A stretch of DNA of 64,000 nt from Dipteris shenzhenensis. Lineage: Eukaryota. A program made the position numbers and the translations under genes. Positions 38,036 to 50,920 of the stretch are shown here, in pieces. How positions within the stretch are numbered: position 1 is the first letter of the stretch; each line of letters starts with the position of its first letter. The notes beneath the pieces are model-generated. The model had not been told where the DNA came from. It saw only the letters and a program-made list of their open reading frames with translations, and searched no databases. Location of the stretch: assembly GCA_047967505.1 (NCBI GenBank), contig CM106538.1; one strand, 5' to 3'.

Positions 38036-39763
38036 TGGAGATGAAACTTTGCACCACTCTTAGGCTACCTTATACCTACATCCATGCAAGATTTGGTCTC
38101 CAATTAATTTGATATGTGCCACGTGGAAGGTATAATGCGTACATTTTTGCAAGCACTCCCTACTAGTGACTACATATGGAAAATGGCACACGTACTAACC
38201 AAATATACATGTGGACTTATTTGTTGGAGATGAAACTTTGCACCACTCTTAGGCTACCTTAGACCTATATCCATGCAAGATTTGATCTCCAACTGATTTG
38301 GTATGTGCCACGTGGAAGGTATAATGCATACATTTTTGCATGCACTCACTACTAGTGATGACTACGTATGAAAAATGGCGCACGTACTAAATAAATACGC
38401 ATGTGGACTCATTTGTTGGGGATGAAACTTTGCACGGCTCTTAGGCTACCCTAGACCTACATCCATGCAAGATTTGGTCTCCAACAGATTTGGTATGTGC
38501 CACATGGAAGGTAGAATGCGTACATTTTTACAATCCCTACTAGTGACTATATATGAAAAATGGAGCATGCACTAACCAAATACGCATGTGGACTTATCTA
38601 TTGGGGATGAAACTTTGCACAGCTCTTAGGCTACCCTAGACCTACATCCATGCAAGATTTGGTCTCTAACTGATTTGGTATGTGCCACATGGAAGGTATA
38701 ATGTGTACATTTTTACAATCCCTACGAGTGACAGCTATGTATGAAAAAAGGCACATGTACTAACCAAATACGCATGTGGACTTATCTGTTGGGAATGAAA
38801 CTTTGCATGGCTCTTACGCTACCCTAGACCTACATCCATGCAAGATTTGGTCTCCAACTAATTTGGTATGTACCATGTGGAAGGTATAATGTGTACATTT
38901 TTACAATCCCTACTGGTAACTACGTATAAAAAATGGTGCACATACTAACCAAATACACATCTGGACTTATCTATTGGGGATGAAACTTTGCCTAGCACTT
39001 AGGCTACCTTAGACCTACATCCTTGCAAGATTTCATCTCCAAATGATTTGGTATGTACCACGTGGAAGGTATAATGCATACATTTTTACATGCACTCACT
39101 ACTAGTGATGACTACGTATGAAAAATGGTGCACGTACTAACCAAATACACATGTGGACTTATTTGTTGGGGACGAAACTTTGCACAGCTCTTAGGCTACC
39201 CTAGACCTACATCGATGCAAGATTTGGTCTCCAACTGATTTGGCATGTGCCACGTGGAAGGTATAATGTGTACATTTTTACAATCCCTACTCGTGACTAC
39301 GTATGAAAAATAGCGCATGCACTAACCAAATATGCATGTGGACTTATCTGTTGGGTATGAAACTTTGCACGGCTCTTAGGCTACCCTAGCCCTACATCCA
39401 TGCAAGATTTGGTCTCCAACTGATTTGGTATGTGCCACGTGGAAGGTATAATGTGTACATTTTTACAATCCCTACTAGTAACTACGATGACGACTACGTA
39501 TGAAAAATGGCCCACGTACTAACCAAATACACATGTGGACTTATCTGTTGGGGATGAAACTTTGCATGGCTCTTAGGCTACCCTAGACATACATCCATGC
39601 GAGATTTGGTTGCCAATCGATTTCGTATGTCCTGTGTGGAAGGTATAATGCATACATTTTTGCATGCACTCCCTACTAGTGACTACATATGAAAAATGGC
39701 AAACATACTAACCAAATATGCCGATGGACTTATCTGTTGCGCATGAAACTTTGCACAGCTCTT
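38031..39763 (-). repeat. Inverted copy of the ~188-bp tandem array (~9 units)
   Basis: GAAGGTATAAT anchor about every 188 bp; reverse complement of the 26150-28775 units. Confidence 0.96.
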
Positions 39764-40222
39764 AATTGAAAAAATTCTATGATTTGTATGTTGCATACTT
39801 GATGAAACTAATTTTGCAAGATGTTTTATGAATTGTTGGATAATAGCATTGCATTATTCACAATTCCACTTCATAGTATCAGTCATGACAATCATGCAAC
39901 CCATATCCCAATGCATCCATGTTAAATACTTCGACAATTGCATAATAATAATTTGACATAATATGTCGCTTGATATAGCATTGAATTATTTAAACATCTA
40001 CATTAGTTACTTCAATTGCACATGTTTTGTGAAGTGTGTGATAATATCATTGCATTATTTACAATTTCACTTCAAAGTATGACAATTCGATGTAAAGCCC
40101 TTCAACCTCTTCACAATAATACTTTGACAAAATGTGTTGTTATAAGCATCAACACATTATTATACATTTCAAGTTATAAGCTGTTCGTATTCGTGTCTTG
40201 GAGTTCGCATCTCCGGAAACAT

Positions 40223-41165
40223 TACTATTACAATAAATGGGCCCCAAAAAAAAAGGAGCCAATAGATGGCAATATCCATATAAGGTGTAGATAGGCAAAA
40301 ATTGAAGCTAATAGATAGGTAAAACTGAAGCCAATGGGTGTGGCATGCCAAAAAAGATTTACATGAAGGTTTTTACATAACAGCCCATCTTGCAATAGAG
40401 GTTGGTGGGTGTCTTGGGCCCCTAGCAAGATATGTAGTCCACGTTGGTACCGGACCACGAAGCCTCCGCAGATAACGGTAAGCTTTCTAGCAGCATGTTG
40501 GCGATGATCAACATCCACAACAAGACAAAGCCCCCACAGATGCATTTTCTTAACTGAAAATAAATAAATTACGTGTGCGTCTATTTGGGCATCTACAGAC
40601 CCGCATCTATAGGCGCGTTTATACAACAAAGAAACGTGCCTATAGATGAGCTTTTAGACACTCTATAAAAATTTAAAAAAAAAAAAAAAGACAGATACAT
40701 AGATGCGCTCATAGACTCTCTATAGAATCTTTTCTTTAAAATCAAAGCAGAATTTCATGTGGGTTAATAGAATGTTGTGTATGTTGTGTATGCTATGTGG
40801 TTACAAGAATCCCATTTCCACATTATGCAATTCAATTCTTACAGCCAACTGCATTTTAATTAGCACGATTCCAAGCACGTCTATAGCCAACGATTACAAT
40901 TCTGAATAAAACATTACAACTCCAAAACATTTAGTTCACAAGGCATTCATTGATAGAATGTTACACAAGGAAATTGAAAGCCAAAAAAATAATAGGAGTG
41001 TATATTAATTCATAGCCCAAAAAGTGCTTGTATGTACATATAGCATGAAGCCAAGCCAGGTCCTATGGCTTCAAGTACAAAAATTAAGAGGAGTGTAGAT
41101 ATAAGAGAGGCACGAAGCCAAGCCAATGGCTTCAAGTACAAAAAAGAGTACCAAGCACTACTTTA
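40223..41165 (-). mobile_element. CACTA family A distal (post-TnpA) non-coding end; ~40520-41165 is an inverted copy of ~50290-50920
   Basis: GGCTTCAAGTACAAAAA...GCCAAGCCAATGGCTT and CACAACAAGACAAAGC are reverse complements of ~50305-50390 and ~50905-50920. GCGTCTA-type motifs present. Confidence 0.75.
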
Positions 41166-41173
41166 TGACTAAA

Positions 41174-41230
41174 TCAGTCGCAAGTGACTATGGCAACGTA
41201 TGAGAGTAAATCAAAATAATGTGTTGTAGA

Positions 41231-41266
<36 letters not shown>

Positions 41267-43131
41267 ATGTGTGTGTCTGTGCATGCACATGCATGCGTGT
41301 GTGCATGCGTGTGCGTGTGCATGCGTGCAAATGGCTACAGATACGGTTAGAGAAAGGCCCTAAATGCCCAATCGTTATTGCATACAATTTTTAATTTGCC
41401 CTCATAAAATGTATGTATCAACTGCTTTTCATGATATATATAACTTTCATTTCTCATTCTACAAGATCTTACTTTATATTTTGCATTTTTTGTAGATTCC
41501 ACGATTAAGCGACTACTTTGACTTGGGTGTGGAGCTGTTCAAACAATAGTGCGTTGAAGATATTATCAACAACATCCAGAATTGGCCAATCGATGCCCCT
41601 ATTGATTGGGTTCCCCCTGCTCCACGAGTGTGGAGACCACCGCCTCCTCCATTCAATTTCGAAAGGGAAATTGTTCATGATTTTGTATAAGTACCTCCTA
41701 ACTAGTCTCTACCAACCATGTGTTTAGAGAGGATTACTTTATTTTTTTATTTCATATGTTTCATCGTAACTTCAATTGTTAAGTTTTTTAAACAAAGTGA
41801 ATAGGTGCCCACGTGAGTTTTCAGCGGTACTAGATTAAATGGGAAAAACAAGGGCTAACATTAACCGAAGAAATTAAATATTAAGGTGGCGCATTCTGAT
41901 GTTTTGTCGCTGTGTGAATCTTCCACAAAGACACGTACTTCATTAATTTTGGACCGAGCAATGTCCAAATTAATGTTTCTTGCAGCAAACATTGCTATTT
42001 TTAATTCAATTATGATTCATAGGGCCAATAATGTGATGTAGAGCATTGTGTTTCATTTGCTTTCTCTTCACCACGGTGAAATAGAATATCCACATATCAA
42101 AATAAATACAGAATGTCACACAAGGCCGATGATTTACGTAAGTGCAAATCCCGATTCTCTCATACGATGATTTACGCAAGTGCAAATCCTGATGTGCATA
42201 GGCTCTAATCATCTCCATCCTCTCCCTTTCCTTCTCCATCTTCTCCCTTTCCCTCTCACATCCCCTCCTTCGTTCTGCCTCTTTTATTGTTGGCAATATC
42301 TCGTGAATATGGGATATGTATATTTTGCTGTATCAAGTTTCGAAGTCTGAGACTGGACTCTGGAGTAAGTTTACTGTGCGGTGCACTGAGAAATTGTGAG
42401 AATCACAATTGCGCGGCGCATCATATATGTCGTATCAAATGAGACGTGGGACCAGGAGAACAGTTTCCAAAAAGATCCATCACTGACAAGACGTGAATGT
42501 GATGTGTCTCTCGCTCGTGTCAAATCTACCACCTTGCATTATGACCTCAGTAGTCAGGTCCTCAGTAGATGGTGTGACGGTAAGCATGAACCTTTCATGC
42601 GTGGCGTGTTACCCATGTAAGCGTGAGCCACTGTGCACCACTTAACTAGAATGAAGTGTTTTTGGACTTCAACGTAGCAAGGTAAATTCTGCTGCCAAAC
42701 TCAGCAGCAGCCAGAGTGATGCAATTGTTTGAATTACGGTCTAAAGACAACTCAAAAGGAAAGAGATCAGACATTAGGAGAATAGAGCCAAATGACGATG
42801 CAACAGTGCGTATGTTTCCATTGAACGTACATGCGTACAAATAGCCGGGAGATGGTTGCAACTGATTTCATGCTTTGAATTCGCACACACCCTTTTACAA
42901 CGTTTCACATCTCCTTCAATCTACTACTAACGTAGATGAACATTTATTCTCCTCTATTTAACACAGTTGCGTAATGCTACGGTTACACAATACTTCAATA
43001 GCAATCAGAATTATCCCCCCCACACAATGTGCCCCCGGAGTCACGATAATGGCCGGATACTCCCCGAGATAGAGAATCCTCGAGGTCGGAATGGAGTGAT
43101 AGAAACTTTAGAGACTGGAGACGAATTCGTC
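41174..43131 (+). repeat. Longer copy of 13632-15153, including a (TG)n tract and part of the Ulp1-like relic
   Basis: Collinear identity with 13632-15153. Confidence 0.92.
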
Positions 43132-43689
43132 CTGGCAATAGAATGCCCACCCAAAGAAACTCTAAAGGAGACAGAACTCTCCTGGGAGTCAGATCAAAGC
43201 CTTTGGAGTCCAAAACAAGAATTGGACTAGAGTTTAGATAAGTTTAGATAAGCATTGGACTAGATTTTGGAGGCCTTGCAGCAGGAGCTGGATCTCCGAA
43301 CTAGTGTCTCCCACTGCCTTTTCCCGTACTGCATCCTTGGGTCACCGGTGGATGCATGAAAGGTCCCGGAGTGGAGACAACCAGTGGTACTATTGACGAC
43401 TAACTTTTCAGCACTCTGAAATGGTTTTCATACTCGAAATTCAAATTCGATGCTATCATGGTCATCAATTCGAAATGCAAATTCAAAGCTATCACTCTCA
43501 TCAGATAGTAATAGGGAGCCAAATTTTTGTTTTTTAGCTTACCAAAAATAATTTGGAAGAAAGAAAACTCTGAAAGACACTCTTTAGGTGAGTGAGGGAT
43601 GGTGGTACTAAGGCAATGTTCATCCAAAAAATGGTTCACCAACAAGTTCTTATTTCTCAATATTCAAATGTAGAAAGTCTAAACCATTT

Positions 43690-44340
43690 GGAGAATGAGG
43701 AATGTATTAAGGTAGGTGCACGTAATCATATGTCTCATGAAGAAGAATGTACTTTTTAAATGCATTCGAATGAGAATTAAAAGAAAATGTAATCATGTCC
43801 CACACAAGATTGAAGAATAAAAAATATCCTGCTTCATAGTGTTGAAAATTTTACATAGAGCATAGGAGATGCTGTATTTATTCCATCAATGGTTCAAAGC
43901 CTCTTATTAGTTGGCTCTTAGTTGGCCAAATGACTGAAAGGGAATGGTGCTAGATTTTAGAAAATTAGGTTGGACGATTTGAAAAATGTACAATCCACAT
44001 AAATTTATTGCAAACAAGTGTAAAGATTAGATAATATTTTGAACTTTCAGTTCATCCATGCCTATCCAAAGAGACTTGATAGCATCTCATCAAAACCATG
44101 ATCCTTACTTAAGCGCCCTATGGCATTAGAGGTTTGGACACCTCAATTTCAAAACCTTGGTTTCACTCCAGCAAACAAACATGGTCTAAAGCCTTTCGTG
44201 TTTCATGGGAAATTCACAACATCAATCATTTCCCATTCTTGGTCAAGGAGCATTGACATACTCTAGATCATCCATTCTTATGTTTGGAGATATGCATGAC
44301 CTTTATTTACTAATACACATGGGCCCTATTCTGATGCTTA
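43690..44340 (+). mobile_element. Ty1/copia pol relic (protease, GAG-pre-integrase, start of integrase)
   Basis: Degenerate translations: CIKVGARNHMS (cf. W.IDSGA..HM), IGDAVFIPSMVQSLLLVG, ALWH*RFGHLNFKTL (44115-44159), L*IIHSYVW (cf. LEIIHSDVWG). Confidence 0.82.
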
Positions 44341-44755
44341 AGCACTAACGTTTAGCATGCGTGGGGCGCTAATCATCGGTAACCAAAGTGGGATTCGTTA
44401 ACTGTCGCTATATAGCCAAGTTTAAAGAGCATCACTATATAGAGACATTTATTAGACTTGTAAATAGTCGCTATATAGCGACACTTATTAGACTTGTGAA
44501 TGGTTGCTATATGGTCGCTATATAGTGACACTAAGATAATTTCCTATAGCGATGTTTTACAGAGAGTGTTTTTTTCCATACCGACTTTAAAAGATAGTTT
44601 TCCCCAATGACAAAATTTTTTTCCCTTTTCATACATGTTTGATCCTTTGAGAGAATAAAAGTACAAGAGCATGTACATCAAGCCTTTGAAGCTCATATAT
44701 TCATGTCTAAGTTTGAGATGAAAAAAATCAATGAAGAGCATTGACATCAACAGCT

Positions 44756-46675
44756 TCATCCTAAGCCAAGTTTAATGCACCAAACAAGTCTATCTCTAAC
44801 TCTATACCGAGTTGATCTCCTATCATCATTGTACTCTAGCATTGTACGTTCACCTAAGACTTGATCATCTTCTTCAATAAAGTGTGGTGATTCTTGATGA
44901 TCGTCATCTTCTTCCTCAATATCATGATCTCCATCTTCCTCTCGTACGATGTCATTATGTGTATCTTTTTCTTGGCTCATATTGTGATCTTTATCTTCTT
45001 TGCTAGATCCATCCGGATCAATTGGATCCAAAATTGGTAGTGGCATCTCCATATCCACGTCTCTATCTTCAAAAATTTGCTTACTTCATGGTGCAACTTG
45101 GATCACGTACCACCATCTTGGATCAAAACGATCCGGATGAAAAATCACCTATATTAAAGATGGGTGCCAAATGCCATCAATTATATATATGAAATTATGC
45201 TTAAGTACATGTATCAATGGATCTTAAAAAATGAAAGCGATGATTAATTAAATCATTAGTATGCACCTCCTCACAATGCTCGGGAAGAACAAAAGCATCA
45301 TTTTCATTGGTCCAAAGTTTGGTGGAGTCTATTGCAAAGAAACCACTACTGTCTTTTCTCACTATTGCATGGGGACCATTGTAAATAGTTCTAGACCATT
45401 TTACATCAAGAATGAAAATACTAAATTATCTGAAATCAATTTCATAGATTTTGTGTGTGGTTCCACAATAATCCAACTGTGAGGAGAGAAGATTGGTATC
45501 CAAAGCACTTGCTCGGCTATCTTGTGTGAAGTTAGCCATGACTTCACAATCATACATGACTCTCTTTGAATCGATGCATTTCACGTGAAAATGGCATCCA
45601 TATGACCATAATGCACTATACTTTTTGTACTGCAAAAGAGCATCATTAAAACAATGAAGATGCATCTATTTTATAGCGTATATTGTCACAAATAATTACT
45701 TTATTATGTCAAGAGGTAAGAAACTTACATGCATCATACATCCAGATGATAACTCTCGCTCGCACTTGTTTATTGTCTCTCCATCGCGTTCGGCTTTACG
45801 TAGAGCCAGTTGTAGCCAATGAAGTGACATGTGAGTGGGGAGATAGGCGAGATCCCATGGATATGGTTGCGATCGCCTATACATTACTCTGAATCTCATC
45901 CTTGCATTTATTCTTTCTACTTTGGCTGCTTCATATCTCTCAATCCACTTCTGCATCTCCTTGCTATTGAGGATACAAAGCTTATTGAATTTCTCCATTT
46001 GCTCTTCGCTCATCTTTCTTTCAATCCCTTTTCCTTGGTGAACCTCACCAACGATGTGATCATCATCCTTGTTATGCCAAGCTTGCGGCATATTGGGATC
46101 TGTGGATGCAAGAAACTCCGTGATATATACTAATGACTCTTGCACAAGCCATCCCTCTACCATGCTTGCTTTCGGTCTTACTCTTTGTCTTACAAATCCC
46201 TTCAAAGTTTTCATAAACCGCTCGAGAAAAAATATCGACTGACTATGAACGGTACCTGCAATGGCCACCTCATCAACTATGTGCACAAGCAAGTGCACTT
46301 GAGTTGTCTTAATGCTCGAGAGAAAGTGCTTCTTAAGCAAGCGTACGGCTTCGATGGATTCCATCATAGCCTTCTCGATGCTCGATATAGAGATCTATTT
46401 TTGAGATATCCACCTATTTCACATGCCCATGTAAGATATATTCATAATCAGTCTAGAGATTATTCAACTTAAATTGAAGAAAATGCAATCAATGCGATTT
46501 GATAGTAAGCACACCTCACAATACCACTGATTTTTAATATAGCATTTCTACCATCTTCTTGTAATAAGTACCCTTTTATTGTAATTGGAAGAATGAACTA
46601 TCAAAGCAACAAAGAAGTCATGTCAATAATATAACATAATCATAATTACACTAATGCATCACGATTATCAGTACA
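44756..46675 (-). pseudogene. CACTA family B transposase, 3' half (DUF4218, DUF4216, acidic tail)
   Basis: VHLLVHIVDEVAIAG..FLERFMKTLKGFVRQ, LDYCG...IYEIDF, WWYVIQVAP and an acidic C-terminus. Confidence 0.9.
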
Positions 46676-47744
46676 GATATCTCTCCAAAGTATCTCTAGC
46701 TCATCAATCAAAGGCTCCAAATAAACATCACGGTTTTTGACTTTATGTTTCCCTGGAATTAGAAGGGACAGCATGACATGTCCTTTCTTAATAGCCATAG
46801 AGGGTGGAAGATTGTAATTCACCAATACCACTGGCCATACTCTCCACAAGTAGGACACTCTCTTGCATCCTTATGTAGTCCACGAAACAAAATGCAATCG
46901 TTGACACATGCTTGGATGCGCTTGTAATCTAATCCTCCAAGAGAGGTCACATGTTGCCTTGCCATATCTCTTGAGGTCGGTAATTTATTCTCCCTTGGAA
47001 GCATTTTACACAATAGCCTGCACGTGAAGACCATAAATGAGGAAAAACATTCGAGTAATTGACCCATGCGCATAATTCATCATGTTTGCAAAATCGACTT
47101 TAAATTAAAGCTTACTTGAGTAATGCATTCAAACTTGCATTGCTCCATCCATAGATGGTTTGCAAGTTTAGTAACTCAAGGGAGGCACGTAGAACAGAGA
47201 ATGTGCACCCCTCAAACAGTGGAGTCAATGCTGCGGTAAAAACATCATCCTGCTCCATGCTATTATCCCTCCCTTGATGGACATATAAATCCCGCACCAT
47301 ATCATCAAACACCTCCTCCTCCACGGCTTCATGAGGTAATGGTGGAGGGCTACTATCACCATCACTCCATGCATCCGTAACGGTCCCTCCTGAAGATCCC
47401 ACCTCATATCGCCGACGCTTCGCCTCCTCACGACGGGCATAGGGTAACATGTGCGGGTGTGGCACTGCATCCTGTATCAAATTAAAACGGGATCATTATA
47501 ACTCAAACATATGAGCACCCATAGGTATCTCAATCAACCTTAACTTACAAATGCTTACCCTGTTTACGGTCACATCCCATTCTCCATACTTTGAGATATG
47601 ATTGAGTGTAATCCTGCGTGCACGATACATGTTTCCTCGACATCGATCACACAGACATTTGATTTTTTGCTCCAACCACATTTCGCGATGGTGGATACGG
47701 AGCGATTCATCCTTACTGGAGCTGCTTGTTGAAGATGGAGACAT
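46676..47744 (-). pseudogene. CACTA family A transposase, 5' part with an internal deletion
   Basis: ATG at 47744, IKCLCDRCRG (Transpos_assoc-like), YGWSNASL, IQACVNDCILF..CPTCGE, then jumps to WPVVLVNYNLPP, which is nearly identical to 33145-33305. Confidence 0.88.
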
Positions 47745-47804
47745 CCTACAAACAAACAACCCACCAAATTTGCTCTTCTTCAAATGCTTAACTTAAAAAC
47801 TCTG

Positions 47805-48720
47805 TGTCGCGTCTAAATGCCCGTCTATCGTCGCGTCTAATGTCGCGTCTACCTGCGCGTCTAAATGTCCGTCTACTCTGTGTATTTAAACGCGCTTGTA
47901 GACGTGCTAATAGACGCGACTATAGACGCGCTTACTCTGTGTATTCAGACGCGACTATAGACGCGCTAATAGACGTGACTATACCCGCGACTTTTAAACC
48001 TATTTTTCGGCGCGCCGCTCGCTTTGCTTTTCTTTTAACTACTTAAACTTCGCGAGCGGCTTTCTTCCTTCTTTATTAGCAGTTATATAGATTCTAAGCT
48101 TAAGAGAGAGCCTCCCATACACACACAGTTCCAAGCTTTCACTCAAGACAAAGGGACCGTACCTACACAGCTTGCTTCCAAGCCTAAAGAAGAGGAGGAG
48201 TACGAACAAGGAGAAGAAACAAGTTTGGAAAAGAAAGATCCTTCCATACCTTTTTCCAAGTAAGTCTTTTTGAAGTTGTTCTTGCTTGCTCTTTCCAGTT
48301 TTGTACTTTTTCGCATCCACGAAACGCAGCATCTAGGTATGGGCGACACGTTCTTTTGTCGGGCGAAACGTCCTTTTCCACTTTTGAGTATTCTCGACTG
48401 TCGGAGCGCGTGTATACAGGCGTCTGAGGGCGCGTCTAAACGCGTGTCTACACGTGCATCTATTTGCGTGTCTGGTTTGCTACAGACACGCACAGACGCG
48501 TATATAGACGCTCAAACAGACGATCTGTTAAACAGAAGTTTAAACGAATTGTTAGATGCGCTGTTAGACGGATGTTTGGACGGGTTCTTGAACGCACTTT
48601 TTAACGCACTGTTAGACGACTGTTTTGACGGTCTGTTAAACGCGGTGGTAGACGCGCTTTTACTTGAACTGTTAAACGCTCTTTTAGACACGTTTATAGA
48701 CGCGAAGATTAGATGGGTCT
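47805..48720. repeat. Dense CGCGTCTA/TAGACGCG motif field between the divergent family A genes
   Basis: Dozens of copies in both orientations. The same motif occurs at 30060-30250, 40575-40720 and 50645-50900. Confidence 0.9.
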
Positions 48721-48813
48721 ATAGATGCGCTCTGACAGAGCCTCTTTTTTTTTTTTCCCCCTTTCTTCTCAGCTCCCAAAGTAATAGATTTGTTTATTTT
48801 TTTCCAGTTTAAC

Positions 48814-50287
48814 ATGTGGGGAGGAAGTGCTTCTACCTCACCTGATCCGCGTGAATCGATATGGAAGGATTTATATAATATTTTAGGGCACCCTCCTAGT
48901 CCTGCGGAGTTATACGGGTACATGACGGGTACCCTTAACACTCCCCAGGAGTCAGCACTATAGACTCCGAGCCACCCCACACCACCTGAGATCACCCCAG
49001 TGGAGTCCGCACAGCCGTCTTATGCCCCATCTTATGCCCCTTCCCCCGTACCGTCTTATGCCCCTTCCCCCATGCCGTCTTATGTCCCTTCTGCCATCCC
49101 GTCTTATGCCCCTTCCCCCATGCCTTCAGGAGGTCCTTCTGCCTCAGCGAGCCGTCGACGTACTCCCCAGCCGTCGAGACTCGGTTCTCCAGCTACGAGT
49201 GGTCAGCGTAGTCTCATGCAGTCCCGAGCTACGAGTGGCCAGCGTACGAGCTCGACACGACAGGGTGGCAGGCGTAGTAGCAGGGAGAGCGGTGGCGGAT
49301 GCATGGCACAGTGCTTTGGGCCATGTGGCGGTGAGGCCGAGGATGATGATTTCGATGATTTAGACGTGCCTCTAGGTGATGGTACGATTTATTATGACAT
49401 CACCCAGACAGGAGGCATCTTGATGGATGCGCGGGGGAAGGATGTAATGGCCTTCATGCGCTCTGTAATTGCTAACAATTACAGAGATTGCTTTGTCCAC
49501 TATAAAGACCACCCAAAGAGGTTGGCTGATGAGACCCTCGCTATTGTTCGCTCTAGGTATCCTAACCCCCCCAATCGCCAGTTCACAGATAAATGGGGGA
49601 AGTCAAAGATTGTTACGATACTTAGCAATAAAAGATCTTCCCTTAAGAGGCAGGCACTAGCAGAGCTTGCTAGACTTGAGGCAGGTCAACCTCCAAGGGG
49701 CCTGCCCCACACCGCTCAGAAGCGTGAGTGGAAGAAGGCAATGAAGTCAACGAGGGAGGACCCCAGTCTGCAGCACGTGGAGGCACAGAGGATCTAGATG
49801 GAGGAGTATGGGAGCACGCATTTTGGAGCTGGGGGTGTTGAATCATGGGAGGCCCAATTTGTAAGTATCGATCTCAAATTATATTGCTTATGTAGTTTAT
49901 TAGGAGGTTGGTTGTTTCTTTGTACTAATCCCTCCACAAAGTGTATCGCGGTCATGCAGCTTGAGATCATGGGCAGATACCCTACTCCAGTGGAGACAGC
50001 CTGCCACCGCCACCATCGCAGAGGAGATACATGGAGGCACTTCTATGATGACGGGTTGATTACTGAGGAGCAATATACCCGAGCGACTGGACAGGCCCCC
50101 CAGGTATTTGAAAGTAATTAAATAATGCCAAAATTATAAGTAAAGATTTGATTTTTCATACATTGATATATGTTGTCCCTTGTTTACAGGGCGCCCCTGC
50201 ACAAGACGATGAGGAAGACGAGGAAGGAGGTGCAGAAGGGAGCACAGAAGGCAGCGTAGAAGGGAGCGTGGAAGGCAACAAGGATTA
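48814..50287 (+). pseudogene. CACTA accessory (TnpA/Ptta, Transposase_24-like) gene, 3 exons
   Basis: ATG at 48814 is in frame with ORF 49000-49797; stops at 48961 and 49795. Contains PSYAPSP repeats and THFGAGG...IMGRYPTPVE, resembling the HxGGS...GRxPT..E motif. Introns 49861-49940 and 50104-50189 are GT-AG. Confidence 0.62.
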
Positions 50288-50920
50288 GTCGAAGAAGTAG
50301 TGCTACTATTCTTTTTTGTACTTAAAGCCATTGGCTTGGCTTTGTGCCTCTTGTATATAGACTCCTCTTATTTTTTGTACTTGAAGCCACATGACATGGC
50401 TTAGCTTCCTTATTTTTTGTACTTGGAGCCACATGACGTGGCTTAGCTTCGTGCTATATGTATATACAAGCACTTTTTGAGCTTTCAATTTTATTGCGTT
50501 TTGGAGTTGTAATATTTTATTTGGAATTGTAATTAAAATGAGGTTGCCTGTAAGAATTGAATTACAGAATGTGGATATGGGATTCTTGTAACTATATAGC
50601 ATACACAACATACACAGTATTCTGTAAAATTTTTTTTTAAAAAAAAGGCGCGTCTATCAGTGCGTTTACAAATGCGTTTATATTCGCGTCTGTCTGTTTG
50701 ATTTGCGTCTATACGTGCGTCTATCAAAGCGTTTATTTGCACGTCTATTTACGCGTGTATGAGCGCGTCTATATGCGCATAAGTCTGATATATAGATGCA
50801 TTAATAGACGCGGGTCTCCTGACGTGCAAATAGACGCGCAAATAGACGCGCCCGTAAGTTTTTTATTTAGTTCATGAAATGCGTCTGTGCGCGCATCTAT
50901 GGGTGCTTTGTCTTGTTGTG

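Noticed and set aside
48270-48812. 180-aa ORF with LLDALLD periodicity
   Set aside because: The periodicity comes from the TAGACGC DNA motif field.
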